Shown here: in pieces, positions 14,053 through 27,402 of the stretch
Layout of the letters: each line of letters begins with the position of its first letter
How positions within the stretch are numbered: position 1 is the first letter of the stretch
From: Oculina patagonica
Taxonomy: Eukaryota
Direction: 5' to 3'
NCBI RefSeq assembly: GCF_052425735.1
Contig: NC_135768.1
Location: forward strand, 1,054,001-1,118,000
DNA length: 64,000 nucleotides
The notes under the pieces: model-generated
Seen by the model: only the letters and a program-made list of their open reading frames with translations
Databases searched by the model: none
What the model was told of the DNA's origin: nothing
Translations under genes and position numbers: made by a program

Positions 14053-14673
14053 CTTTATTGCCATTTTAACATTGTACAAATGTTACAGTGTAAGAAAAAA
14101 AAAAGAGCAGACGTAAGTTACAATTAAGTTACATAGTTTATAAACTGTTACAATTTACATATGAAAATAAAGGTACAGGTACATAGGAAAATAAAGTAAA
14201 TGAAAAAATATAAAATAAATAAACAAGGAAATAAGCTTACATAAAGTCTTTCCACTTTAATTCGAAATTGTTAATAGTTTTATTTCTAACTGCAATATGT
14301 TGTAGAGTATCCAATCTGTTTTTTAGAAAAGGAGGAAAGCCGTCAAAAGGTACATCATCGCAGTCTTGGGTCGTACAAAAGATATAATACTTAGCTACAA
14401 GTGATATGTAATTTAAAATATCTTTTGTTTGTATGGCGTTGTCATGCCAGCCGTAAAGGATATCGCGTTCTGAAAGAGTAATTGTATTTTGTTGTTTTTC
14501 GGACCACCACTTTTGAAATGCAGTCCAGAAATTAGAAATTTTTGGACATCGGTAGAGTAGATGAGGCAATGTTTGCGGCTGCGTTTTACATAAATGACAA
14601 GTTTCAGAGTCGCATAAATTCATACGAAAAAGCGAATACCTGGTAGGAAGTATATTATGGATGATTTTATATA
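14013..14673 (-). mobile_element. 5'-truncated L1/Tx1-clade LINE (ORF2 C-terminus, 3'UTR, poly(A))
   Basis: YKIIHNILPT...CHLCKTQPQTLPHLLYRCPKISNFW is a zf-RVT-like CCHC region. AATAAA precedes a ~35-nt poly(A). 11-bp TSD GGTCGTAGTTT at 14002-14012 and 14674-14684. Confidence 0.88.
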
Positions 14674-14794
14674 GGTCGTAGTTTAATGGAGGGGGGGGGG
14701 GGGGGGGGGGGTTGAACTTGAGTTTTAAGAGGAAATCCGCCAGGACTTCGAGTAGTTATTGGACAAAATTATGTACCAAACCTATTTACACCTG

Positions 14795-15210
14795 ATTGCA
14801 AGCTTTTGTGTTACTGCTTCAAATATCTTATCGAAAGATTTCTTTTCTAACAACACCACACATCGAAAACACATTTTGAAGTTCCGCTGAATTCCACTAA
14901 ATCGCTTAAAAGATGTAAGCTTTTGCCCATAGCTTGTGAACTTTAAATATCATTTTCTCAGACTCTGATAAGAAATTGTTGTACCAGAATTAATTCCACC
15001 TTATTGCAAACTTTTTTGTTACTGCTTCAAATATCTTATCAAAAGAAATCTTTTCTAACAACACCACACATCGAAAACACATTTTGAAGTTCCGCTGAAT
15101 TCCACTGAATCGCTTAAGACGAATTTACAAAATGGCTACACGTGAGATTTTGCCCATACCTTGTAAACTTTGAAATTCATTTTCTCAGACTCTGATAAGA
15201 AATTGTTGTT
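14795..15210. repeat. Tandem duplication of ~210 bp
   Basis: GTTACTGCTTCAAATATCTTATC...CAGACTCTGATAAGAAATTGTTGT occurs twice. Confidence 0.8.
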
Positions 15211-15606
15211 GGTGTTATCACGGATAATTACTTACATCTTTACCTTTTATTAAGGGTAGGAAATAACGCAATAGGATTTAAATTGTTCTGGAAATTGATT
15301 TTTGTCCAACTTTAATAAATATTACTCGACTTCCTAGTGGATTCCGTCTTAAGCTTTAACAGGGCGGGTGAGATGTTATTTTAGCCCTTGTTCAGGGGGA
15401 TTTTCAGTAAACTTTTAGCCGTATTGTACTCGGTTTGGACCCCCTCCCGATAATTATTACACAGTCCCTTTGTCAGTTGTAGTGTTAGTCAGTTATACTT
15501 CACGCGTAAATTTGAATGGAAAAAATCCGGCTGCGATGACCATCGCTAAAAAGCCGTGTGCTTGTGCTTTCTTGCTTCCTGTAGTTTTGCAAACGTTGGG
15601 TACGAC

Positions 15607-16278
15607 CTCACATGAATTAAGGAATGACTCTAGCATTTATGTGATGTTTTGGTCATTTCTGCTATATGCGGTCTTTTTCTCAAAAACTTGGCTTCTAATA
15701 GTGTGTTTAGATGGGAAATCAAACTTTCTGATGATTGGCTCAGCTTTAAGTGGTCACGTGACTGACCACGCCCTAAAATGTAAGTATCGTGACCAGTTAA
15801 GTTACGAGATGTAAACGTACTAGAAATCTATCAGTTTTTCTCTCAAAGCCTTTACTTCACCTTGCCGTACGTCGTTCTAAACGGGGATTCTAAAAAACGT
15901 TTAATATTTCTTCGTTATTTCCTATTTTTACCTAGTCCCAGTCCCTCTCCAAAGGAAAGACGTTGTAATTAAGACAAAAGAAATAAATTTATAAATCCCC
16001 GTTTAGATCAGTAAACTTGGTGGTTACAGCCATTCGTAGAAATCAAAATTGGTCAATCATTATATTTTCAAGTTATCGTAAATTTGGATTGAAATATATA
16101 CCAACAATTGGGTGTGGTATATCACGTGACCAAGCAGCAAAGTTCATTAATCCGAAAAATGAAATATTTTATAAAAATACTTCATCCTATGCAAGTTTTT
16201 AAGCGGTAGCTTCGATATAATTTAAATTAGACCACCCCCTCCAAAAATTAGTGGGACTCATTCCTTAATTCAGTTGAG
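15607..16278. mobile_element. MITE with ~24-bp imperfect TIRs
   Basis: CTCACATGAATTAAGGAATGACTC / GACTCATTCCTTAATTCAGTTGAG. It interrupts a segment that is uninterrupted at ~2870 and ~53880. Confidence 0.7.
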
Positions 16279-16609
16279 ACATTTGCAACTAATTTTTTTC
16301 CGTTGATGCACACTAAATTAGCTGCAATTGTTGGAGAAAAGAAACTGCCTGGCGAGGCAAAATAATGGAAAGAAAAGTACAAGCTTGCAAGAAAGTGCCC
16401 AGTATTCAAAGGAGCTGTTTTATCTGTCAATTTTTATCTTTCGAAATGGTCGAAAAGTTGTTGATGGGATGAGATTTGGGAGACTCTTCAACTCTGCCAT
16501 CCCTTAATGCCTACAGTCTTGTTCCTGGAGCGTGATGGTTTGGACCACTACATTTTTTGTTCGGAAAATAGGTGTTACTTCATGAAAACTTCAAAGTGGA
16601 AGTGTATGT

Positions 16610-16874
16610 GGAGGCAGCGTGGCCGAGCGGTTAGAGTGTTGGACTTGCAATGCGGAGTTCCCGGGTTCAAGTCCCCGCCCTAGCCGCTAGCTGGATTTGT
16701 TCTTGGTAGTCCCAAGTTCAGATTCTCGACCACGCTTGTAAATAGCCAGCTGGTTTGCCTCCGGCCATCTGGGATTCTTAACGTTGTTATGTTTAATATT
16801 TGATTTATTTGTTTCTTTCATTTGCTCGGCCCCACTAGCCTTTGTGCTATAAATACTGCCGAGGGTAAATAAAG

Positions 16875-16905
<31 letters not shown>
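16610..16905 (+). mobile_element. tRNA-derived SINE, family 2, with (ATT)n tail
   Basis: A-box TGGCCGAGCGG, B-box GGTTCAAGTCC, 3' end GAGGGTAAATAAAGG(TTA)n. Confidence 0.85.
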
Positions 16906-17464
16906 GTGATCTTCCACGTTATTGTCACAAGTCATCACATAAAACGAACCTAATGAGTTTTGTGATACAGGTTTCCGCGTGCAACAAGGGAAGTAGGAGG
17001 CATCTTGACTCAAAACCCATTTTGAGCTGCAGAGACGACGAAAGAAACAAATACGTAAATTTATCTTTATTTTGAGCTTCAACTACTCGCAATTATTTTT
17101 ACGATAATGAGACCCTTTCGATATTCTTATACATTTCATCATATTCCGAACATACACGGCTGTCACACTGCTTAAATGGTTCCCCTGTGGGTGAAGCGAA
17201 CAGTCTCGTCCAAAAGTTAGACTATTGCGCATGTTCGGGCAAAAATGTCGTAAAACGCCTCAAAGAAAAAACACGATGCAAGTGGAAAGAAAGGCATGCT
17301 TTCATGTCGCACATGCCGTTCTGAGTAGTTGAAGCAGATTTAGCTCAAAACTGATCAAAAAATTGTCAAAACATGCGCTTTTTTAAAAACGTCCAGGTGC
17401 CAATGGGATTAGTTGCAATGAAAAAAAGCAATTCGCAGCAGCAGCAGCAACAACAACAAAACAG

Positions 17465-17710
17465 TCACATAAATGACTGTGTACCCTCATCGTGACCTCG
17501 GTTGAAAATAAACGCAATATTTCTTGTCACAAGTCTGACAAATGTTTAGTAACGAAGCTTTCGACTGTCTCGCACAGTCTTCATCAGCGATTAAAGTGAG
17601 CTCGCGTTGTTACGTGAGTGCAAATTGTTTAATCACGTGACAAAAGGTGATCAAAAATGGCGGGAAGATCGTAGTCCCCGTCTCTGTTCACCGTTGGGCT
17701 GAGTCCCATA
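17465..17710 (-). mobile_element. Penelope-like element fragment (end of GIY-YIG ORF plus pseudo-LTR)
   Basis: Minus-strand GLSPTVNRDGDYDLPAIFDHLLSRD resembles a PLE GIY-YIG C-terminus. Carries a hammerhead. Absent from the homologous 3' flank of gene G. Confidence 0.7.
17550..17593 (-). ncRNA. Minimal type I hammerhead ribozyme (Penelope-type), ~130 nt downstream of the gene C stop on the same strand
   Basis: Minus strand: TAATCG-CTGATGA-A-GACTGT GCGAG ACAGTC-GAAA-GC-TT-CGTTA. Core intact, 6-bp stem II, bulged stem I. Confidence 0.7.
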
Positions 17711-17725
17711 AATGCTTTCCATGAG

Positions 17726-20700
17726 TTACTCCTTCTTAGGTTTGTCATCGCCCCTTTTACAGCACACGCGACAAAGGCATTCACAAGCCAATCGTATCAC
17801 CACGACAACCATGGTGACTATAGCAACAAGGAAAGCCACGACATCAAGTAAGTAGTACTGATACCAAGGGATGTTAAACACTTGAGCTCTGAGGTGCCGG
17901 GCTCCACCATGTCTGAGTACATACTCTATCCAATCACAGGTTTCTTGAAGAGGCGTCCGTGGATGATCCCTTAACAGTCTAGAGATGTTCATAGCTCTGG
18001 TTTTGAATCTGAAGAAGAAAGTAAGATAACTCACTTCATTTAGAGTAAATTCAATGATTTATCTAACTGGCACTCTCTTAGTTTAGTCCCTGAACTCTCT
18101 CTTCCCTATCCTATAGTATAAAGGGGTTGAGCCCAGGCGCGAGAACAGAAAATCGTGCCTGAATACAACCCATACATAGGGTACGGAGGGAAGAATTCAG
18201 GGCCAGTACTAGCCCCTGCTAGCAATTTGCGTCTGAAAGACTGCAGATGTAGCCTCACTCAGCCCCTTAGTCCCGAGTAGAGAGAGGTCACTGATGAGCT
18301 TGGCCCCGAGCTTCCGCCGATGACAAGGTTGGAGTCGGCACAAAAGTCGCTCACCGTTCTTGCGCATTTTCCTCAACCCATGTTTGCTCATCACCGATTT
18401 ATTTTCTTTGTCACTCTTCCCTTTTCTGCATTGAAATCGAGAATTATGAAAATTGAATCTTTCCCCTTCGCTTTGTTGACTGTCTTGCTAAAAGTGTGGT
18501 AGCAATCATCCTTTCCTCCTTAGCTACTTCGCTTGCTGGAGCATAACAATGGATGATATGTACAATAATGTCTGGTCCTACACCTGAAAGTGATAACTGA
18601 TCCAAGGGTATATGGTTTTCCAAACGGCCTTGCGTGTCTCTGATGTCAGCATGATCTCAATCCGTGGTGCACGACATCTTTCTGAGGGCCTCGGTAATGA
18701 TACTTGTGCCAACTGCCACCTGACTGAATCATCTTCCCGATGAAGTCCACCACACCTCTCTCAGTCCAAGAATTGACAATTTGAACCTCTCCATCTCGTT
18801 TGCTGATGATAGATGTTCCCGGTTGAAACATGATCCTCACGTTCCACCGACGTTCCTAATGAATCTTTGTCACCTTCTCGTCCTTGACTAATAATTTCAT
18901 AACAAATTAAACAACAACTTTTTACCTTGGTTCATTAATAACACGCTCAATTGCCTCAAACATTTGCTGGGCATTATTGGTTTTATAATCCACAGCAAGA
19001 CCAAGGCCAAAATTTTCTACTTTCTTGGCATTACTGTGCTGGTCACCCCATAAAGGACACGCCACCACAGGGACACCATGATACACCGACTCATAAAAAC
19101 TGTTCTGTCCCACATGGGAGACAAAAGCTTTGATGTCCTTGTGAGCCAATAGATCATTCTGAGGTAACCAGTCCATGACTTTGATGTTTGGGGCAAGCGA
19201 GGAGGGAACGTAACCTGCAGAAGAGGAGGAGATAACTGTGTCAATACAGTGAGAACACGAAAACCAGGAGCCCATCAACTGGAGCCTTCATCTCCCATAC
19301 TAACCCTTGAAGTCAACCCTTTCCCGTATTAATTTATTTTTAGAACTCATCTCCCGGGGTCTCTCGCGGGAGTTTTCGCACCTCTGTCAATCGTTTGTCG
19401 CATTCCGCTGTGGTTACGCAAGCTGTGATATCTAAAACAATGGCGAAATGAGAAGGGAAGACTGCAGAATGTTGTTCCTTGTCGTCCTTTAAATTCAGTA
19501 TTTCTTCGAAGGAAGACATCAAGTAATACTATGACTAAAAAAACGGCGGAATTTTGTACAGGCCTGTCAAAAAAGTAAGAGCAATTATTCGAGACGCCGA
19601 GACCGATCTCGCAACTGCGAAATTACAAATATATTTTGAAAAGAGGATGGATAGGCTCAACAGATCGGTCAATATTATTTGCCGTATAATTCTTCCGATA
19701 AGAAGGCAACTAGATAAAAGCTTGATCGATTCTAATCGTAGTTGTGAACAATAAATTTTACTGGGTTGATAATACATTCACACCAAACGAACGTATCAAT
19801 GGTATAAATTTATAAACAAGGTACGCACTTTGGCCCGTACCAACACATTACAAATCAAATTCTACAAGGCATTCAAAACTCTGAGTGGCAATAATTCAGA
19901 CAAGCACTAGCTTGTGAACGCTAAGGGTTGAAAGGTTTGGTCCTTCGTGGCGAAGGCACTAGACAAACACTAAAATAAACAGCCGTTCCGGCTAAACGAC
20001 CCGTTCGGATTTAGAATTCTCCAGATAGTACAGGCATAGAGTTCTCTTTGGAAACATACAAAGCAAAAGAAATGTACGGGGATTGAAATTAGCGGATCAC
20101 ACGGTCTCTAACCGAAGAAAGATGTAACATTCAGGCCGTTGGCCTGTACGCGTATAATTTTAAAATTGTAAGATGCGCAATATCTCACCTCTGCAACAGC
20201 GACTCAACGATCTCTGCTAAATTCCAGTTGCTGAACTTTAGAAGAAACAAACACATATCATTTTCCTGAGGTTTTATTCGAAACATGATGATCTTTATAT
20301 TGGCTGGATCTTGGCGCATACGGATAGTCAAAATTTGCATCGAAGTCATCCCGTTTATTGTGTCACTGATTGTGTTCATCGCCGTATCAAAGAACACGCG
20401 TTCGCCACAGCTCGGCCCATATTAAATTATTTCTGCTTTCGTTCGGGAATAGATCTTAAAGATACAGCGTCAAATCTCACAGTACTGTTTACGTCTAATA
20501 CACTGCATGTAATAAGTCCGTACAAACCAGAAATTGGTAAGATTCAACACAAGCAACTGAAGCAATCACATATTCTCGATCAACGCCATGACTAAAACTG
20601 ACGTCATTTTCAAGGACAAAAAAGTGGTTTATTAATTAACTTTTAGCCGTTATTCATTCACGAGAAAACCAGGCACTCTTGGCTGTAAAATCAGGAAAGA

Positions 20701-23468
20701 AGCAAAAATTATAAAGGAAAACGGACAGGGAATGTGCGTACGACATTGGCCGCCATTTTTTTTTTTTACATCGTCCCCCTAGCTGCGCTGCATGTGGTCT
20801 GACCACAGGAACAATGTTTTCGCGGGAAATGTGTTTCTAAAAATAAAAATATACGGGAAAGGGTTGACTCAAGGGTACAGTACGTATGGAGGCTCCAGTT
20901 GATGGGCTCCTGACGAAAACCGTAAACACTTTGCAGGGGCGTAGCCCGGGGGGGGGGCACTCCCATACATGAGCTATATAGGTATGTGCCGCTGTGAAGG
21001 GTATGGTTTTCAAGCAGTTTTGTCTGGGATAGGGTATAGAAATCAGAGAGTTTTGGTCTAGAAAAGGGTAGCATTTGCCGGGAAACCGATCGACGGTGTG
21101 ACGATACGTTTTTCCTTGGTTTGTGCGTTTGAACCGACTTTTGAACTGAGAGAGAAGTGCGCTGTAGCTGCGCTGAAATCTGGCTGAGATATGACTCAAA
21201 TACCACTGAAATATGGGGCAACTTAGCTCGGTAGAGCACTCACTTGCTGCGGAAACGAAGCCTCGTCAACAAGCTTCAAAGGTACACGGCGATCTACTTC
21301 AAGGAACTTCAGAACTACAGACGTAAGGCTGAGACAGACTTGGGTCCAACAGTAGTTTATTCTAACCAACTTTGTAATCCTCGATGTACTAATCACACCG
21401 TCGATGTAATCAAAGAAACTTTTACAACGTAGCTCCTTATATATCGTTGCTACAAAAAAGGTGTTTACAATGCGAACAAAAGCTTTCTATTGAGTACAAT
21501 AAATAAGGAAACGATTGCAATTACAAGAGCGAACTTATATCAACAGTAGGAAGTTTACAAAATTAAAAACGAGAACTTAGATTAAAAAATCACAACTTTG
21601 AAATTAGAAATAGCGAACTTAAATTAAGCCAAAGCAAGCATAGGAAATTAAAAATGAAAACCTTATTAAGATTTCTGGAATTGGTTTGCTCAGCTAACTA
21701 ACTGAGAGCAACTCTTGAATGAAAAGCAATATAACTTCATTAAGGAAAATAAGTTCAGCTGGCGAACTTCCGTGGAAACTAATAAAAAACCAGGAACTTA
21801 TAATAACGAGCGGAAAACTCAAAAGAATAAGGTACCGAAATGTTTATCTACTAAATTTACTGTGGCTATGAAAAAGCTGCAGATGTACAGGTGTACAATT
21901 TCCAAACACACGACAAATGAATTTCTACTTGGACAGGAACTACTGTTGGGTTTTAAGTGGTTTTAAAATGCTGAAATAAGGATAACATAGAAATTGACTG
22001 AAACACGGAAAATTCTCTCGTAACAACGGTATGACGAATATAGTCCAGAAACTCGGAAGAGAAAGAGGCTTTCCTAAACGTAAATAAAATCATCGCGGCA
22101 TCGTTGTTCACAGATGGTTTTCAATTAAAACACTGATAATGATACAGTTCTAACAAAATGCAAGTCTGGGATAGGGTAGGGATTTTCAGTGTCTAGTCTA
22201 GTATAGGGTTGCAAAAATCAGCTCAACATGGTCTGGTATAGGGTAAGGGCTTCAAATTCCCAGCGGCACACCCCCACCCAAAAATATACCGGGTACGCCC
22301 CCCGGGCGTAGCTAGCCTATAGGCCCGTAGGCCCGGGCCTACAAATTTTTTAGCCCGCTTATATTTTTTGTATAATAAAGAGCAAGTCAGGCTGAAGCAT
22401 TTTCAAGATGAAATAGAAAGCAATGTGCATTGTAAATATCGCAAATAACCTTTCGCGATTGGTCAAGTCTCAAGCAAGTAGAAACTCGGAAGACTTCTAA
22501 AGTAGCCAAGTGATAGGGTATGTGTCGTTAAAGACAAGTGTGTTTATATATATGACAATGACTAAAAGTTGGCCCATTCTCTAGTAAAATGTAAAAATTT
22601 AGTTAGTTCCGTGAAATTGCAATTTTGAGGGTCTTTTTCGGTAGGATGCCCCCGAACCACTAGTAAGCGGCCACCTCTTTGGAAGTGGGAAGTGGCCGCT
22701 TCATTCAGGGTTGGCCGTGTTTGTCAGAAATTGGCATAAGGTTTGGTAAAAGTATCACAAAAGTGAAAGCGGAATCAGTGATTAGTTCGTATTTCGAACT
22801 TTTATCTACCGTTACCTTGTCGAAAACAAGGCAGTGACAAGGCCAAACTATGTGTAGTTAATTCATGGTGGCTGCTTAATAGAGGTCCAAACAATAGACA
22901 AATCTTCATCGGGACAGCCGAAAAATAGCGAAAGTCGCTTGACAAAGGTGACCACTAAATAAGGATTTATTTACAGTATTACATGACAATGCTGGCAGCT
23001 TTATGAGGGGTGGCCAGTTATTATGTGGCCACATAATAGGGCTTTAACGGCCTAAACAGGAATTCAACTGTGGTACCTTTAAGTCTCCACACAACACGCT
23101 GTTTCAGCTTTCCAAATGCTGTAGCTAACATGTCGACCACTGGTTTTGGAAGGGCTGATACCACATATGTTCCAAAGGAAACAATAATAAAACCATGCCC
23201 CCCTGAACTACTGATGAACTTGTCTAAATCAGGGGGGAGGGGTTCTGCAGCATCTTTGACATTCAGTGGTCCAATCATAACATTGCCTGTTGAAGTATTA
23301 CCACAATAATAAGTTACCTGAAGCCAAACTCAAACATGCAAAGCATGGTGTGACAAGGGGCTAGAATTGATAGCTCCCCTCTCTCCTCGGTAGAGGCTTC
23401 TTCTTCTTTAACCGCCGACCGGTTAGCTCAGTTGGTAGAGCGCCGGACTAACGTGCGGGAGGTCTCGG

Positions 23469-23509
<41 letters not shown>

Positions 23510-25550
23510 TATGCTGCCTTTGCAATAACAACTGCAAATGGTTAGATATTCTAGTCTTCTCGGATAAGGACGATAAACCGTAAGCCCCGTCTCCTGCATC
23601 TTCAGTGTTATGGTCAGCAGGGGACGTAAAAGAACCCACACACTTATCGTAAAGAGTAGGGCACGAAGTTCCCGGTGTTGTGGTCTGGTCTTTGCCCATT
23701 GTGACGTTGTACTGTTGAAATGCTCGGAGATATTAACTATGTTAAAAGCTACTCTACAATCCGAGGGTAAATAAAGTATTCACTTCACTTCAATGTAGTT
23801 TCAATCATGATCAGGCGAAACACGTTAAAAAGGCGGACATGCGAGGAGAAGGTGAGTGACTAGTTTTAGTAAAAACTCCGAAATCAGGCCTAAAATGATA
23901 AAACATAAATTATCGCCGATAGGTAGAAAGCAAATATTTGGGAGAACATCGCATCAAAGTTAACGTCAGCTAATACAAGCACACAGCCTCGTAATGCAAA
24001 ACTAAAAATTTACAAACAATTCTTCCTGTACCAAAGATAAAAATATTCTGACAACACTGTCTCCTTGCTTAACGATTGGAAGCCTTTCTCATCCGAAGGG
24101 CTTGATAATTGACACAAAACCAAAGAATAAATGGACATTTTATAGTAATATCGAGCTACATTTTGCAGTTTAATTGTACAAGATTATTGCAAGTACCGTA
24201 AAACGCTATAAATTACACACCAGGGCCCGGTTGTTCAAAGCACGATTAAGCTAATCCAGGATTAGCGTGAAATTTGATTTCAATTTTATAACATTTCGTT
24301 GAGGTTTTCTGTTAATATTTTCTGTCCCCCAGTTTTGACGTGGACCAATCTCAAACTTAACAAAATATTAGCTATGGAAACCTTTTAAAACAAGAGAAAT
24401 TAAAAACTTGATCATCTTTTAATCCTGGGTTAGCGTTAATCGTCTTTCGAACAACCCGGCCCAGGCATGAAACGTGTTTAAATCTGACACCTAATGTGAA
24501 CAATGCAATAACAAGCATGTTTAAGTAACGAAAAATGTTTACTCTAAACAGGGCATGTTTCGGGTTTAATGTGAACACACTCCATTTTGACATTAAAAGC
24601 TCACTCGAAGTTAAAAGACAAGATTAGACAAGATTGCCTACCTGGTAATAGTGGTTGTGCATATTCCAAGGCAAAATCTGCTGTGATTATGACAAGTTCA
24701 ACATCGCCAGCAGCCTCTTGAAAGCTTCGTTCAGGTTTAATGTTGTACTTGATTTTAAGAGCTTCAAATGGTCTATATATTGCAAAATGCATGAAAATCT
24801 TCCCCCCTATGTACGCTCCCAGATTTATTACACGTTCCACAAAAGTCATTTTATCAGTCAATCCCGTGAGCACTTGAGGAACATAAGAGATAGGCATGGG
24901 TATCATGTGTTTAAGAGCGGCGGGGTTTGATGGACCAGGCATAACCTCCACTCTTGAAATATCAAGAAGTTCACCAATCAATACAGCACATAAATCAAGA
25001 TTCTCATAGATGAGGAGATCAAAGCCTTTCAGTTCATTGAGAACCTCTGTGTTGTCCAAAGCACTATCACACAAGTTGGTCACCAACTCTTCCATTGCAA
25101 AAAATGCCGGTATTGCGTTTCCCTGAAGTGCAGGCCGGAAAACTTTATCTTCCAAGACGCCAGGTTTATATGGTACCTGGTAAATCTTGTGTGGTACTTT
25201 CTCATTGGGTTTGATGTTTTCGAATGAGGGAACAACAATTACAACCTAAAAGTCAGAAATAGTGAAGACGTAAGCTTTATTCCTTAATTGTAAAATTCAT
25301 TAAATATTCCATATTCATATCACATGTACACAACTGTAAACCCCAATACATTCAAACAATAGAATTAACTTTTGATACAAACTCCTGCTCAGCTAATTAG
25401 TATTCATTAACTTTTGATACAGATCTGTACTGATTCTCATCACAATACTTTGCATTCAATTTATTGTTTTCATTTCACAAGTAGAATAAAATATTCGCGT
25501 CCGATCTGTATGGGCCTTTTACAATGGCGAGCCGATAGGCTCGCCATTGT

Positions 25551-25593
<43 letters not shown>

Positions 25594-26682
25594 ATTTTTG
25601 CATAAGTCAAGTGATAATGACAATATTATTGAGTTGTTCAAACATCTCTATGAGTAAAATAAGGTGGCAAATTCTTCATTATGAAAAAACACACTTTACT
25701 TAGCTTGACGTTTGGTTTACTAGGTTACATAAATCTTCAGAAGTTACCGTTACGAATCTATGCGGAGTACTGTTAAAAATGTAAAAAACAGGGGTCTGAA
25801 ACCTAGACTGGGAAAAAAAGACCTCCAGCAATAATTTAATGTCATAAAATGTCACACAATCTTCAGTATCGCCCATGATATTGAAATTATTCCTGGGCCT
25901 TTCTTTATGACGGAGGTCATAACGACAATAACGACCATAACGGCTACTTATTACATCGCATCGTATTTATGTACTGTATTGGAAATTAATTTGTTTTGTC
26001 ATTTAAGCAAAATAAAAAAAAGTCACGTAAAAATTGTTTTGCAATTTCATGGATCATTGAGAAACGTCAGGAAAAGTCATCGATTCTGCATGCATGTACG
26101 CATGCATGCGTGCAGGCCCGTAACTAACAAGACGCAAGACGAGGCACTTGCCTCGTCTGAATTTGTACCCAAAATTCAAAACAAAATATGTTTTGTTGTG
26201 AAAATAATCCCCAGTTGAACAGGATAGATTTTTCTCAAGAAATACCTCATGAAAAATGTCTCTGAAAGAGATTCATAGCTGCTAGAAATCCAAATTTCTT
26301 GCAAAGGTCTGGTTATGGCCCTGGCGTGCTTTTAATTCTTAGTTGTTCATTCCCTGTTGAAGTCAGGCCGTGTCTGACGAAATATTGGGAGGGAATTACA
26401 CTAGTTCAATCATTCAGTACGGTCACCCTTTTCGTATTTAGTTGTTTCAAACGTGGACTTGATGTTTTTCAGGTTCAGAAGGGTCCCGATTTAGAGATCC
26501 ATCACGCACGTTACAGTGCAAAAATTATTCTTTACCTCGTGTCCCCTAGACGCCAGTTCTTGCAATGTATGCCTCGTGTTGATATAGTGTGATCTTCCCA
26601 TGGTGGAGAAACCAGCAATACGGGCGGACAAAGCCGTGTTGACTGCCAGTAAAAGCGTGAAGAACAACCATAACAACGCCAT
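17726..26682 (-). CDS. UGT: UGT gene C, 510 aa: exons 26682-26536, 25245-24642, 23286-23077, 19214-18926, 18008-17726
   Basis: Exon lengths 147+604+210+289+283 give an open frame with GT-AG introns. Encodes a signal peptide, the UGT signature (WLPQNDLLAH...PLWGDQ), a C-terminal TM helix and a KPKKE tail. Confidence 0.93.
19265..20912. mobile_element. Non-autonomous DNA transposon (hAT/P-like); a related inverted, rearranged copy lies at ~6852-8221
   Basis: ~70-bp imperfect TIR starting CAGGAGCCCATCAACTGGAGCCT; 8-bp TSD ACGAAAAC. Confidence 0.85.
20945..22306. mobile_element. Non-autonomous DNA transposon with CCCGGG termini, nested in a CAGGGGCGTAGC hAT-like end
   Basis: Termini CCCGGGGGG...CCCCCCGGG; flanking direct repeat CGTAG; subterminal GTCTGGGATAGGGTA repeats. 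Confidence 0.7.
23411..23792 (+). mobile_element. tRNA-derived SINE, family 3, with a Deu/Nin-like central domain
   Basis: tRNA head TAGCTCAGTTGGTAGAGCG. GGACGTAAAAGAACCCACACACTTATCGTAAAGAGTAGGG resembles the Deu domain. Tail GAGGGTAAATAAAG(TTCAC)n. Confidence 0.75.
24224..24461. mobile_element. Harbinger-like MITE
   Basis: TIR GGCCCGGTTGTTCAAAG; 3-bp TSD CAG. Confidence 0.75.
25478..25590. repeat. ~110-bp hairpin (palindromic repeat)
   Basis: GATCTGTATGGGC..TTTACAATGGCGAGCC GATA GGCTCGCCATTGTAAACGCCCATACAGATC. Confidence 0.65.
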
Positions 26683-27177
26683 CTTCACTAACGTGTTTTT
26701 AATAGTAACCTAGATCATGCCTTCTCAGTCCTTCAGTAGACCTCGTTACGCAATGCCAAGGGCGCAAAAAGGTTGGGCCCAGCCTTTCGCGCTTTGCCGT
26801 GCGTGACAACAGGATCGATTCTGTCCTCGAGTTCCGGTTCACAAAAGCCAATACAACTTGAACTTGAACTTGAAATTTGAACTTGAACTTTATTATTTGT
26901 TTTTCAAAATTGCTTGCCCCCGGTACTAGTAAAGACGACTAATCGAGGCAGGGGCAAGGGTTAAAATAAAAAAGGTTTGCACACTTCAATACAAAAGACA
27001 AAAAGAGATATATACAAATTGATTTAATTAACAAATTAATTAATTTAGTGAAATAGAAAACTAACAATAATTATAATAAATTAAACACACACACGAAGAC
27101 CATACAATAAACTACAGCTGACCAATGACTACTAAACAAAGAAAATATCGTGGTTATTCCCTTGTGCACCGGTACAA

Positions 27178-27402
27178 GGCCTACTCTGGAACCCAAAGTC
27201 GCCGTAACTTTGGGCGACTTAAGGCGATTTTAGCTTATTTTGTTCAAAATTACCGGCGATTTTGGGCGACTTTTGGTCCCAGAGTAGGCCTGGCCTACTC
27301 TGAGACCCAAAGTCGCCGTAACCTTGGGCGACTTTAGGCGATTTTAGCTTATTTTGTTCAAAATTAAGGGCGATTTAAGGCGAGTTTGGGCCCCAGAGTC
27401 TG
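27178..27402. repeat. Tandem pair of ~112-bp palindromic units inserted in gene C upstream DNA
   Basis: GGCCTACTCTG..CCCAAAGTCGCC...GGCGA(C/G)TTT..CCCAGAGT occurs twice; absent from the homolog at ~55190. Confidence 0.7.

Noticed and set aside
19535-20595. Short ORFs inside the 19265-20912 element as a transposase or captured gene
   Set aside because: No recognisable DDE, THAP or BED motif; the ORFs are short and in mixed frames.
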